DNA from: Botryllus schlosseri
Lineage: Eukaryota
Length of the DNA stretch: 64,000 nt
Direction of reading: 5' to 3'
Assembly (NCBI GenBank): GCA_051294905.1
Contig: CM119371.1
Location: 7,194,001 to 7,258,000, forward strand
The notes beneath the pieces are model-generated. The model was not told the DNA's origin and did not search any database. It saw only the letters and a list, made by a program, of their open reading frames with translations. Below are positions 48,412 through 60,912 of the stretch, one piece after another (the first letter of the stretch is position 1; each line of letters opens with the position of its first letter). The position numbers were made by a program, and so were the translations under genes.

Positions 48412-48658
48412 CAGAGGTGGTTAGAGTAGTCACCGTCGCTACTCAAGTAGAAGTAGAAGTAACGCCGGAATTTCTACTCAGATAGTAGGAGTGATGGTTC
48501 ACGAATAAGTAGGTATTCTACGCTTATTTTTGCCACAAAACTTAAAACTGTCAAGTAGAAAGTAGTCTAAAATCATAACTACTTGAAAAGTAGTGAGTAG
48601 GAAAAATCTACATCAAGTACTTCAAAAAGTAGAAGTACTTCGTTACTGACTACCTCTG
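48412..48658. mobile_element. Short hAT MITE (CAGAGGTGG family)
   Basis: cagaggtggtta..tgactacctctg; perfect TSD acagagac at 48404-48411 and 48659-48666. Confidence 0.9.
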
Positions 48659-51600
48659 ACAGAGACAGAGAGACATTGAATTTTAAGCTTAACATGAACA
48701 CAGTCGTGTCTTAAAGTTGTGTTGATATATTTATAAAAACCTGCCATGGAAAAGCCGCATTTTCCACAAACAACAACTCAATATTATTCGAAACGCTGAG
48801 GCAAAGTGTAGATGTCAAACTGGCTGAAGCAACTAAAACGACACAATCAAAACTTCAGAACAATATTATCCGTACATAGTAGTCCTACCATAAGCATTCG
48901 AATGTGCAATCAAATTGCATATTTTCCCTAAGTCAAGAAAGAGACCGCATTTTGGCTTTGGGAATAGTCAGGATTAACACATCTGCGAAAATCAGTGGTT
49001 CTTGTTGTTTTCATAGCCGTGGCCCAATATCCATTTTGCAAATATGCAAATATCCTTTTAAGCGGCGGCAATACGGCAGGTTTAGGCCTAGCAGTTCATA
49101 TCAAATCACAGCAGGTTCTCATGAGCACGAGAATCGCAAATGTATGTATTGCAAGCTTGGCTCGTTTCGAACTATACAGTTCTTCTGTAACGAAATCTAT
49201 CCAGTTGTCCGAGCCTGTCTGGAAGGCATCTGCCTTTTTGGGTTAATTGTTTGATTTGGTGTCCAGCTTGGATTGTTACTTGGAGCATGCAGTGCGTTTC
49301 GCTCGGTCACTAAATGTCGACAAAGTGATGAGTTCTCCTCGACAAATTTCAAATTTTGTCGGTGTCTGATTTTGTCGTCGTGACAACCTGTGACCCAGGG
49401 ACGGGGATGGGGTCTGGGGTTTGAATTTTACGAATTCTTTGTTTGATTGATCCGCCACATTCTTACTCGCTTTGGAACGTCACGCAGGACAGGGCCGGTT
49501 CGCGCCCTCCTCACTCTGCAAAAAATAGTAGGGTCAGTCAATACCAGTATTGGAATCACAGGATTTTTAAGGTATATTTTTCATCGCGATGCCGGGATTA
49601 ACTTCATTGAAATCCTGGGACTTCGAGAAAGCATCTTTTAGAGCTGAAGTAGTGCTTGCTTTGCTCTTAAAGCGGCGTTACAGAACACTCTACATTGCCG
49701 TGACAACAACACCAACTATGACACAACAATGAACTACACCAGGGTGCTTCAATCTTTTTCGTAATGGTGCACCATTTTACATGTCACTCAAAACTTTCCC
49801 ACCTCAGTTAATCTAATAAATCGAATTCCCGGTGATCATAATTATAGGAAGAGGGATGAAGGCTGCAATCTATCGGAAATGCTAATTCTAAAAACTGATT
49901 AGCGGTTGAGTTATCCTCATCACGTTCTAACATGGTGGTTTTCAATTGGGGTCTACGAAACATTGTCAGGAAACAGCATACCGACTGATAAATATAATTT
50001 GTGATGCTGGAAACTAGGGTGGATCATGTGAAGCAGTTTTGCTTCATAGCTGCGAAAACTTCATGGCTTTCATCAGCCGGACGGCTGTTTGAGACAGGAC
50101 ATCATACTGTGTCAGCTCATTTTAATTGCCAGCAAGCCATTTAGTCAATGGGTAGACCTATTGATGGAAACATTTTGCTGTTTAGAGATGTTGAGGTTTG
50201 TGGCTAAACTGTAAATTTGAATAACAAAGGCCGGAGGATCCATAATTAGAAATCGCGTAAGCGATGATAGTCTCGCTGCTGCCACGATTTTGCGTCGGTA
50301 TTACGATAAATGAATGGGGCTGGCAAGTGTATTTTTCTACATCGCTGATCCCAACCTAAGTCATACACGCAGTTCTTCAAGTAGGTTTTGCCTGCTTCTG
50401 CAGCCACCTCAAGTGGTTCGTTTCCATATTCTTCCACTTATACTTGCTACAGATTTATAAGAAAAACTAGTTGCTTGTTACAATTCGGACAAGTGGAAAG
50501 TGGTTTTGTAATACTTGCAATTCTTACTCGCGGGGTAATGTTTTCAAACTACTTTTCGGCAAAACTAGGCCTAGAATATTTTTCTTTTTTACTCGAATGG
50601 AAATTCACGACGCCACTTCACCTTCTATTTGAGTAACAACAACGAATACTTTCACCAGATCTGCTTCTGAAACAGCGATGTCGGTTCCCCTCAACCCCAA
50701 CCTCCACTCACATTTGTCACCCACCTTTTTACATCGGGATTAACTAACTTTTCCTGTAGGCACCCGGACCGACGGTGGGACTTGGGGCCACCGCTGGTGG
50801 TCTGACCTTTGACCAGTTATGTGGCGGGCCGGAAATCCATCCCGAACGAGGCGGACTCTGGAATAAAATGGGGACAGTTTTTTGGCAACACGAAACAAAT
50901 TGTGACACTGATGTTTTCCAAATTAGAATAGAATTAGAACGATAGCTATACATTTTTCCATATGAGATTAGACTTAGAATTATATCTACTCGGTGTTTTC
51001 CAAATGAGATTAGAATTACAATTATAGCTACTTTTTAAAAAATTAGATTAGAATTAGAATTACTGAGTTCGCGAATGCTTGGACATGGAATGAAGCTCAG
51101 TTCATATTAAATCGCAGAGATCCTTCTCATAAGCATGACAAAGGCATATGTCTGTGTAGCAAGCTTCACGCGATACAGTTCTCCTCTATCATTTTCAGGA
51201 AAGCTAGAACATAGATTAGAAATAATATTAGAGCAAAGAAACATTTCACAATTCATACAAGAAATAGACAATTAAAATTATCTAGTTGTCCGAGTCTGCA
51301 CAGATGTGGTCACTAACAAAGTTTTTCTACGTTTTCGATGTAGGCTACTCGAGTAGTTTTCCTATGCTTGCAACTTATACTGAAATACCTCAAATTTTCC
51401 GCTACTTCAACTTCTCCTTTGTCATATTCAGTGACTTACCTACTCATTTCTATTTACAGTTTGTTAAGTAGAAGTGTTATGCTTCTTCAATAAGAGTTTA
51501 AAGTGACCAAGACGGACAAATTCAGGGGCTGCTTTTGCAGAGAGCCCAGACTTTTTCTCGTGCTTTGCGCAAATATATAGAGTGACCAATATCGTTCCAA

Positions 51601-54342
51601 TGAAGTCCAGGTCAAGAAAATTGATGTTGCAGTTTGTATGGTTCATGTGAGCAATTTCAGGTCGCCTAGTCGCAATTTCATGACATTAAACAGGCATAAA
51701 ATTCATCAAAACGTGTGGAATTATACGACCTGCCGTGTTTCAGTTTCCAACTTGACAGCGCATAACATCAATGTAGTGTCCGAGTAGAACTTAACATCGG
51801 TCATTGTCTCGTTAACTACAGATATTGCAATACGACTGAGGGCACCATACCATCACATTTTCTGAAAGGGGGCACTGATGTGAAAAAGAGGTCAAGAGCC
51901 ACTGTTCTATAGCAATGGCGTCATTTGGAGGCTATCACATTTGAATCCTGATGCTGTTAAAATCGATATCTCCTGGGATGTAGCAACACAAACCCAGCTC
52001 TCTGCACAGTCCGCATACCGTTATGTTAGTTTCTAGGTTTCGAGAGCGTATTTATGAGTGATTTTCAAAACTACCTACATAATTCTGTAGTTTTCAAAGA
52101 CAGCAAATTATACTTCTACCTGAAATTGGCTACTTCTGGGTTGCTTGGAACGGCAATACTCCTACTCATACTCGAGTGAATTATGCATCGCTATTTCTAC
52201 TTGAGTAGCCTTCTTGACTACTTTGGCAGCTTCTGATCCTGCATGCGGAATAGGTTTGTTCAGAAATAACTCTCGAATTCCGGGGATTCACTTATTAAAT
52301 TGTAAGGTTGCCTAAAAAGGCTTCACACCAAATTCGGCTCAATTCCAACCAGCTTAAGCCGCGACAGAGCAAATTCAAGCTTTTTTTCAATTTTTTTTAT
52401 ATATTTTATTGTCAACCCAAGAAAATTGCCGAGTCGCCTAAATGAACGATGCATAACAATTTTTGCTCACTTCGAACCCGTAAAAGCGAATTTATTGCAG
52501 TTGAGAGTTTTGGATTTGCAAAAATAGCATTGATGGTGGGTAAACCCAGAATTATTGATGACAAACCTAAATAACTTCGCTTCTACGGGTTGGAATTGCA
52601 TCGTTTTTGTAGAAAGCTTAACAACTTCATGGGGCTGACAGTGAAATTTGTGTCGGCTTCTACTGGTAGGAATTGAGCCAAATTTCGTGTGCAGCATTTA
52701 ATTTTAATCAGTGAATCCCCGGGATACGGCAAAAGATTATTTTTGGACAACCCTAAAGCATGCAATCGCGGATAGGTATTTTTTGTGACTAGTTCGCGAC
52801 AAGTTACAGACTTTACCACCTCCGAATTTACTGGCAATTAGTGAGCCAGATTTATTGCACATTGTCTTTGTCAGCTCGGAATGAGTAAATGCTGAATGTA
52901 GGAGTCTGTAGGGTGTAAATATATGGTGCATTGATATTAAGGAAGATAACATGTTGATATGAAAATCCATGGCATTTCACTCGATACATTTAAGAGTGGC
53001 ATTGTCTACATAGCGGACAGAATGTTTGCTATATCTTTCTACATTGTCACCAATTCTGGATATGTCACAAAATGACACAGAAACTCACCTGCAGTCGTCA
53101 TGATTTCTGGAAATCTCAATATCGAGATCTTGTCTTTTGGTCAATGACAATGCCTGGAAGAAAATCTGATTATTATACAGCCAAAAAATATACATCAACA
53201 GTAAAATTAAACAGCGGTTCCACCAGCCATCTCGAACTGTATTGAGCACAAATATGTCAGCAAATGCTTTCATTCGGTGTAGAAAATACCTCAGTGTCAA
53301 CATGGGAATGGCTCACCTTGGTTTATGCATACCATCTTTATGACGTTACGGAGACGTCACAATGCGCGTTCATACAATTTAGGAAGATTTGGTTGTTCAT
53401 AAAACCCTGACCTCTGCCCAATTATGTAATTAATCTTCTCATAGAGTTCAACCACGAATGGCACTAATGAATACTCAGGCATACGCGAATGAATGCTTTT
53501 CAACAGGATTTCAAGAACATGCAGCACGGGCGACGATAGCTATTTGCCAAACTTCAATTATATACCATTAGCAGTCATGCATGGTTCAAACAGCTCCTGC
53601 AAACCGGGATAATAACTTCAGACTAGGAGCAAATTGAAAACTAACAACCTCCGGATATGACCTGGTGATTGTTATGCGAATAGAATGTCGATCCTAATTG
53701 TGACTTGAAAATACGCAGCCGAATATAACTCACCTTGAATGGCAATCGGTAAACTTGCTTGAAAGTTGCAACTTCCTTACATCTGATCTAAAGCAAATCC
53801 TTGCCTGTGATGATAAAGAAACGATACATCGGGTTAGAAACGATTCAAATTTGAACTTTACAGTCACAAAATGTGTTGAGGATTGTAGTTACAGATAGAA
53901 ATAGGATCGTTACTAGTGGTTTTGAGTCGAGTTTATTGGTAAAAATTTAATCATTTCGAAATAGCCCACTATAGGATTGATGGCATTGTAAATGGATAAA
54001 TTCAGAATCACTCACTTTTATCTCCGTAGAATTTTCACACATTGATGCATGTCAGATTTCAACTGATTGAGATAGGTTGAGATTGTCTTGCAAACTTCTT
54101 TTATCACTAAAGCCATTTCACATCCAACGACCAGGCCATTAAATAATATTATATAATGTTATATATGATATTCTGATTGCAATCCACTGTAACAAAATGA
54201 ATAATGGTTATGAAAAGTAAAATTGTTGAATTTATATACAGCAACACTCATATGAGAATTCCATGCATTGAGCAGTCCTATCAAGTGCTGTGGGTTATTT
54301 CATACTGAATTACGGGATGTATAAAACTTGAACAGCCTACAG

Positions 54343-55130
54343 CACTGGGTGTCAAACTCAAATTGCGTCGCGGGCCGTATTCAAGCCTACAAATCGCTCT
54401 GGGGCCATACCAGTCAACTGATTGCAAAATGTTACTATGTTCTGTTGCTTTTCACTTGAATACGTTAAAAGCATATATAATAGATAATACACGGCTCAAA
54501 GGGTTTTCAAAGTAGCAAGTAGCAACACCTTTATTCGCAAACAATGGAATTGGCTAAAATACAGTAATTGTCTTCTTGAATATAGTTCAGAACCGCTAAA
54601 ATAGTGGCAGCAACGACGATATAAGTTGGCATATTCTATGCTCCCTTTGATTCAGTCGCAATCTGGCGTTAGCCCTGCATATGCGTTGGAGTTACATACA
54701 TACAAGACATGTAATTGGAAACGCGGACGTTGGAATTTGGTTTAATATTACACCGTAAGTCCGGTTCGTCTCATGTCTGGGGACCTACTGGGTCGAAAGT
54801 GACACACAGTATTGCGTCCATAGATAGGCCTATGTCAAAAAAAAAAAACAAAAAAAAAACAAACAAACTACTTTTTGGTCCTTATTTGTATAAAACTCTG
54901 AATTGGGTGTACCTTCGATTTGTTGTTACTAGTGGTAACTAGAATGAAACGATATTGCCACAGTCGGGTGGTTATAATAGGGCCTATCAACATGGAAGTA
55001 TTTCCTTAAAATAATCTCAACATTCGTTACAATTGTGCTGAATGTAAAAGAAGATTTCAATCTACTCAGCATTGCTTCGCGGGCCGGATGAAATCGTCTA
55101 GCGAGACGGAGATTTGACACCACGGCCCTG
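54343..55130. mobile_element. Charlie-type hAT MITE
   Basis: ggtgtcaaactc..gagatttgacacc; perfect TSD gcctacag at 54335-54342 and 55131-55138. Confidence 0.8.
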
Positions 55131-55452
55131 GCCTACAGTAATCAGTACGTTCAAAACTCCGGAAATTTCAGGACTCAGCTGCAGACTTATACAAACTACC
55201 AATCTAGATGGTTGACGGTAAAGAGTTGCTCAAGTGGCAGATTTTAGAAAAGCAAGTAATTCTAGTGTAGACGTTTGGCATGAATAGTGATACTGATGCT
55301 TCAAAAACCGTCCATTTCGAACTCTCCAATACGTTCCTTTGAAAGGCATATTCTATTACCAACTCAGTAATTTGCGTTACAAATATTGCAATCTTTTGGA
55401 ACTGAAAATCCAGTTTTTGTACCAGTCTGCTCAGGTGAGTCATGAGTGCAAC

Positions 55453-57081
55453 CTATCTCTTCACAAATATGGATCTGTAAATTTGACAACATTCACCTAC
55501 ATTTGGTTTCATTTTGGTCCATTTGTCTTGCGATGTATCATACTTTTCAATTGCATTAGAGGTTTCTAAATCTGTTACTGTGAAAATCCACTTGCCAATG
55601 TGGTAAGCCGAAATTAGAACATGACAAGCATTCATAGAAGATAATGAAGTCCACTGAGCTGAAGTAGCATCGTAACATTCCACGCTGTCAACATTGATTC
55701 CTCCACTCTCCCCACCGATTACAATTATCTTCTGATCAACTGCAACAACACCACTCCCCCACACAGGATATCTCATTGGGGCGAGATCAACCCACTCTGA
55801 TGAAGATGGAGTGAATCTGCAGAATGATGAAACTCTGACACCATCTTGTCCTATACCTCCGATACAATAGATGGAATCATTCAATGATACCAGACTTGTT
55901 GATCGAATCGCGGTAGGTTTGTCTTTTAGCTGAAACCATCGATTCGCAGGAGAAGTAAATATTTCCACATCACTTGTTGCTTTAAAACCACTTCCTCCAA
56001 CAACGAATATCGATCCTGACAAAGACAGTGAGCGAGGATAGTATCCATGGTCACAAATCATATCTTTCATCCTTTCCCATTTTGAATTTTTGCACTGAAA
56101 ATTGAGTCGATAGACTGATTTATTGCCACATAAAACGTAGATGTAGCAGTCTAGAGAAATCGCCGAAAAATCGATTAAATTCGGAAAAATCTCATTATGA
56201 AAATTCTTTACCTTCCCACTTGCTGGATTGAAGGATCTGGTATACTTTGTATTGGAATCGAAAAGAATTATCAATTCATCATTGCCAATTTCTTCGTTCA
56301 TTTTGTGCGATGCTTTTGGAGCTTCTAAAAGATGTCCATTGATCAACTTGTACAATCCGAAGTCGTTACTGATAATTGGGTTTGATTTCAGAAGACTTTC
56401 TAAAAATGCCGTAGAGACTTTATCAAACTTGATTGCTTCAAGACATTCTCGCAAATGTTCCTGATTGTTGCGATTTTTCTCAACCCAATTGCACAATAAA
56501 GTTAATTTTTCTTCGTCGCATAACTTTGATTTTTCCGACATCACAAATTTGAGGATGTTAGCTTTTTCAATATTTCCAAATTCAGGTTGGTTTGATATTT
56601 CCAAGATATTTTCATAAAAAAACTCTCTACATCGTGCAGAGACGGCATCCAGCCCATACATATCGGCGACATTTCTTGTGGAAAAGTAATTCTTTACATC
56701 AACTGATTCCTCCAATACGTCAGATACTGCCTGTTTCACGTCTTCCAACTGCATCATGACTGCGACATGTAGAAGATTATTTATCTTTTCATCAGGAATC
56801 TCAAATTTGGCAGAATATATGAAATCGATGCAGTTTTTCACACACTGAGAATCGACCTCCTTCAGAACGACTTTTCCTTCACGACTCTCTTTACTGTCGT
56901 GTTTCAACATCGCTTTGAAATAAGCACAACCAGCCGACAATACATTTTTGTGAGTGTAATAGACATCATCTCCCACTTGAATTATGAAATCACAATGATC
57001 GTTTTCTTGCTTCATTCGATGTAATTCTTCCATCATCTTCACTGAATGTTTCTCTGCATTTCGACATACAATCTGCACCAT
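55453..57081 (-). CDS. Intronless BTB-BACK-Kelch (KLHL-like) protein, 542 aa, paralog of 24266-25885
   Basis: Uninterrupted ORF with the same architecture; first ATG at 57081; BTB nearly identical to the + strand copy. Confidence 0.95.
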   Translation of the reverse strand: MVQIVCRNAEKHSVKMMEELHRMKQENDHCDFIIQVGDDVYYTHKNVLSAGCAYFKAMLKHDSKESREGKVVLKEVDSQCVKNCIDFIYSAKFEIPDEKINNLLHVAVMMQLEDVKQAVSDVLEESVDVKNYFSTRNVADMYGLDAVSARCREFFYENILEISNQPEFGNIEKANILKFVMSEKSKLCDEEKLTLLCNWVEKNRNNQEHLRECLEAIKFDKVSTAFLESLLKSNPIISNDFGLYKLINGHLLEAPKASHKMNEEIGNDELIILFDSNTKYTRSFNPASGKVKNFHNEIFPNLIDFSAISLDCYIYVLCGNKSVYRLNFQCKNSKWERMKDMICDHGYYPRSLSLSGSIFVVGGSGFKATSDVEIFTSPANRWFQLKDKPTAIRSTSLVSLNDSIYCIGGIGQDGVRVSSFCRFTPSSSEWVDLAPMRYPVWGSGVVAVDQKIIVIGGESGGINVDSVECYDATSAQWTSLSSMNACHVLISAYHIGKWIFTVTDLETSNAIEKYDTSQDKWTKMKPNVGECCQIYRSIFVKR

Positions 57082-57249
57082 GATTGTCAATCAACCACAA
57101 TATATAATGATCCTACGATTGTTATGTTGTGGTTGCGCTGTTATTAAAGTAAAGATGATTAGGTAACTCAAGTAACGCCTGAACAAAGGATCATAATACT
57201 TATCAACGTCACAATTATGAATTGAAGTGAAGTCAACTACACACAAGTC

Positions 57250-59090
57250 GCAAATAGATAGGACAAAGGCGGAGAGACATTGAATTTCAAGCTTAACCTG
57301 AACAGAGTCATGTCTTAAATTTCGTGTCGATATATTTATAAAAACCTGCTATGCCAAAGTCTCAGGTTCCACAAACAACAACCCAATATTATTCAAAACA
57401 CTGAGGCGAAGTGAAGATGTCAAACTATCTGTAGTAACCAAAGCGAAAGAATCAAAACTTCTGCAAAATATCATCTCATATACTAAGTATTAGAATATGC
57501 CACCTAAATTGCATATTTTCCCCCAAGTAAAAGAAACCGTATTTTGGCTTTGGAATAGTGAGGATGAACACATCTGCGAACAGCAATGGTTTTTGACCTT
57601 TTCATGGATGCGGCCCAATTTTCATTTTGCAAATATGCCATGATCCAAGTTTAGACCTAGCGAGAGAGGTGACCTATGTAATGGATGTTACATCACAATT
57701 CCCTTGTCATTGACATAAGTTATTTGTTACTGCAGTAATCTGCAGTGTTATTATCAGTAATTGATTAGGCACCGTAATTGTGGTTCTTTATATATGTTGA
57801 TTGGCCGCCACCTTTAGTTTATTCGGTTCTGTCGTTGGTACTATGTGTTAGCTACGTTGAGTTGGTACGCTGTTAGTTGTTTTTGTTTCCTATGTGGTCT
57901 TTAGTTACTGACATATGTTTCTATTGTTTAGGCTTGTCTTCCATAACCGCAGGCGACCACTATTTTAAAACCTAGTTTCACGACCTACTTTATTTGCTGT
58001 AATCGGGACATTCATTTGTTATGTCATTCATTCGAATATATCATTTCAACCTTCATCAAGGGATCATCATTTGTCAGGATTGATCGTGGGATTTGAGTTC
58101 AATTAAAAGTGGTTTCAATAACTCTCATTACGTTAGGAGCAGTTACATTATTGTTTCAACTCAATAGCCAGTTGTAAATTGAGCATGGGGTGTCAATATC
58201 ATTTACGAGCGGCACAGTAAAATTTTACGATTCTTCAAGGGGTGTCTGGACCTTGACTTGAACAACTAGAACTTTTCAGATTTTCCAAATTAGGGTAAAA
58301 TCAGAATAATAGCTACACTGTTTTTACCAAATAAAGGGTAAAGTAAGAATTAGGCTACAGCTAAACAGTATTTTCCAAACTAGATTAAAAATAGAAATAT
58401 AGTTACACTCTTTCTCCAAATTACATTAAAGTTGCCGAGTTCACGAAAACTTGGACACTGAATTAAGTGCAGTTCATATCAAATCACAGTTCCTAGCACG
58501 ATAAAGGCAAATGTCTGCACCGCAAGTTTAGCTCGTTTCAAACTATACAGTTCTTGTACAGTATTTACAAGAAAACAGGAAATTAGATTAGAATAAAAAA
58601 GTAGAGAATAGAAACATTTCCAAAATTAAAGTAGAATTAGAGCAAGGACACGCTACGTCGTTACACGAATTCGATTGCTTGCATTTCAATCTAATTAGTC
58701 AAATTGGACAACTAAAATTATGTAGTTGTCCAAGTCGGTCTGGACAGTCTCCGCCTTTTTGGGTCAACTGTTTGATTTGGAGTCCGACTTGAGTTGTTAC
58801 TTGGTGACTACAGTGGGCTTCGCCTGGTCACTAGATGTCGACAAATTGAAGGAGGCGCTTTTCATAATGAGTTCACGACAAATGTGAAATTTTGTCCGTG
58901 TCTGCTTCTGTGACAACCTGCGATCCAGTGATGGGGCTGGGGTTTGAACTTTACGTATTCTTAGTTTTGCTGCTTCGAGCCGCCACATTCTTACTCCCCT
59001 TGAAACTTCGCCGGGTTTGCGCTGCTTCACGGCCTCCTTGATCTGCAAAAAATACTAGCGAGTCAGTCAATACTAGCATTGGAATCGCAG
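57250..59090 (-). repeat. Unit copy D (distal part only), directly upstream of KLHL2
   Basis: Reverse-complement similarity to 8670-9570 and 43785-44810, interrupted by an unrelated segment at about 57660-58240. Confidence 0.82.
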
Positions 59091-59615
59091 GCAGTGGTTC
59101 TCAACCTAGGGTCCGTGGAACCGCAAACTAGTTGATGAGCTACGTTGTATTTTTTTTAATTCGGAAAATCACGAGGCCCTTTCGCTTCATTACTAATTGC
59201 TAAATAGCCGGTAGCCTACGGATACAAACTTTTTCCTGTTAGGAGATGTTCTGTTGGATGTGTAAGGTCAAGCACGGAGACTTTGAAATGTTTACAAAAA
59301 CTCATTTTCTCTTGTGATAACCATTTTTCCATAATTACTTCAAGATAAGCTGCTAGATAGAAATAACCAGGATTGACGTTATATAAGGGGCGTGCAGCTT
59401 CTCCAGTCGGCTGGTCAGATATGGAAAAATGAAGTACTAGGCGGGCCGGATTCCTGAATTGATACATAAACCGCGTATTTATCAACCTATATATCTATTG
59501 TAACATTTAAGTTTAAAGTAGAGACCAAAAACAGTAATTACTGGATTATTCGTAATGTATGTCGATAGCTGTTGAAGTAAATGAGACATCTGTGATAATC
59601 AAAGTCGTCAAGAAG

Positions 59616-59740
59616 TTATTTAAACTCTGGCTGCATGTCAGACGTAGAAACCCTTGGGAGAGAATGCAAGTGAACGTCAGTTAGATTGTTAATGTTCATG
59701 GTAGAAAATGTTTGCTCGCAAATGTATGTAGACCCGCGGG
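59616..59740 (-). pseudogene. hAT (Charlie/SPIN, GTF2IRD2-type) transposase C-terminal fragment
   Basis: GSTYICEQTFSTMNIN..LTDVHLHSLPRVSTSDMQPEF matches the hAT dimerization consensus GSTYxCEQxFS..LTDxHL..LR..TS. Confidence 0.8.
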
Positions 59741-60912
59741 TCACATTATCATGGGAGACCGGAGACTGTTCGTCAATTTTGGTGCCATATTTATTGCGAT
59801 CATACCCAAACGAGTCGTCGAAAGCGTTACGCTTTATTATTACATTCACCAACACCTGTATTTGTGGAAATGGATTTTCGGCACTCGTTAATATCCTATC
59901 AAGGCGCTCATATTAAACACACGGCCTTATATTTAAAGAAATTCAATTGCGGAATTCGCTTTGAAGTAATAGGAGTAAACTCAATTTCTAGATCAGGGGC
60001 GGCCAACCTTTTCAGCCAAAGGGCCACATTTGATTGACGAACTATTGCGCGGGCAACTAGCCGCGCTAAGCGCGAAAATTTTTCGAAATTCATAGGTCAA
60101 TAATATTGTCACTTGACTATATTGCGGGCCTGCTGTATATCGCTGGGCTCAGTTTGCAAGGAATGGACTATTCGGCGCCTGGACATATCGATATCGAAAG
60201 CTTCGACCAACACGCGTCAATCATTTTGAGCCTGGGTTTCATAAACGACGGTCTTTCTGCGAGCGCAAACGCAAGGTCGCATATGTTGAACGACACTTTG
60301 TCTTCTAATTGCGAATATAGTTAGACTCAATCTGATACATTAGGCTTTCTTTCATTTTCAGAAAGGGGTAACAATAGTAAAAGCAAAAAATCGAGTGACA
60401 ACATGTTGCGCGAAGCGTGTAGAAAATTTTTACTTTTGATCAATTTATCACAAATTATTCTGCTTTATTGTAGTGTACGAAGATCTACCAAAATGTGACT
60501 GGCTCATGGATCTGCCAATGCGCCGGAACTGATATTTTAGTCATCACATGTCAAGTGTTGCGGCCAGACTAATCAAATTATTGGTTGGCCTTGCAAGTTC
60601 ACAATTTGTGCAATCCATGTTTGATAATATTACTAATTTTGGAAATTAACTCGCGGGCCACTCAAAACCTTCTCGCGGGCCACATGTGGCAGGGTTGGGC
60701 AATTATTTTCCTCCTCGGGCCAAATGAGAAGTAGAAACACGTTGGCGGGCCGAGTGTAAAATTTCAGCTATATTCTCCAGCGTATTTTAATTTTATTTCT
60801 AAATTGCATTGTTAGTAAATGCTGCTCAGTGAATGTGTTGGTAATGAGAAATTGACGGTTGATTCAAAAACATCCATTTGTCGTCATAATTGGCAACAGG
60901 GTAATATCATAT

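Larger units (their letters stand above)
48301..57240 (-). repeat. Right arm of the inverted duplication (unit copy C plus KLHL2)
   Basis: Reverse-complement colinear with 24090-44905 and 1-9660 once TE insertions are removed. Confidence 0.88.

Noticed and set aside
57677..58147. Solo LTR (TGTAA..TTACA)
   Set aside because: Termini fit but the flanks (ccta / ttat) give no TSD, and there is no second copy or internal sequence in the window
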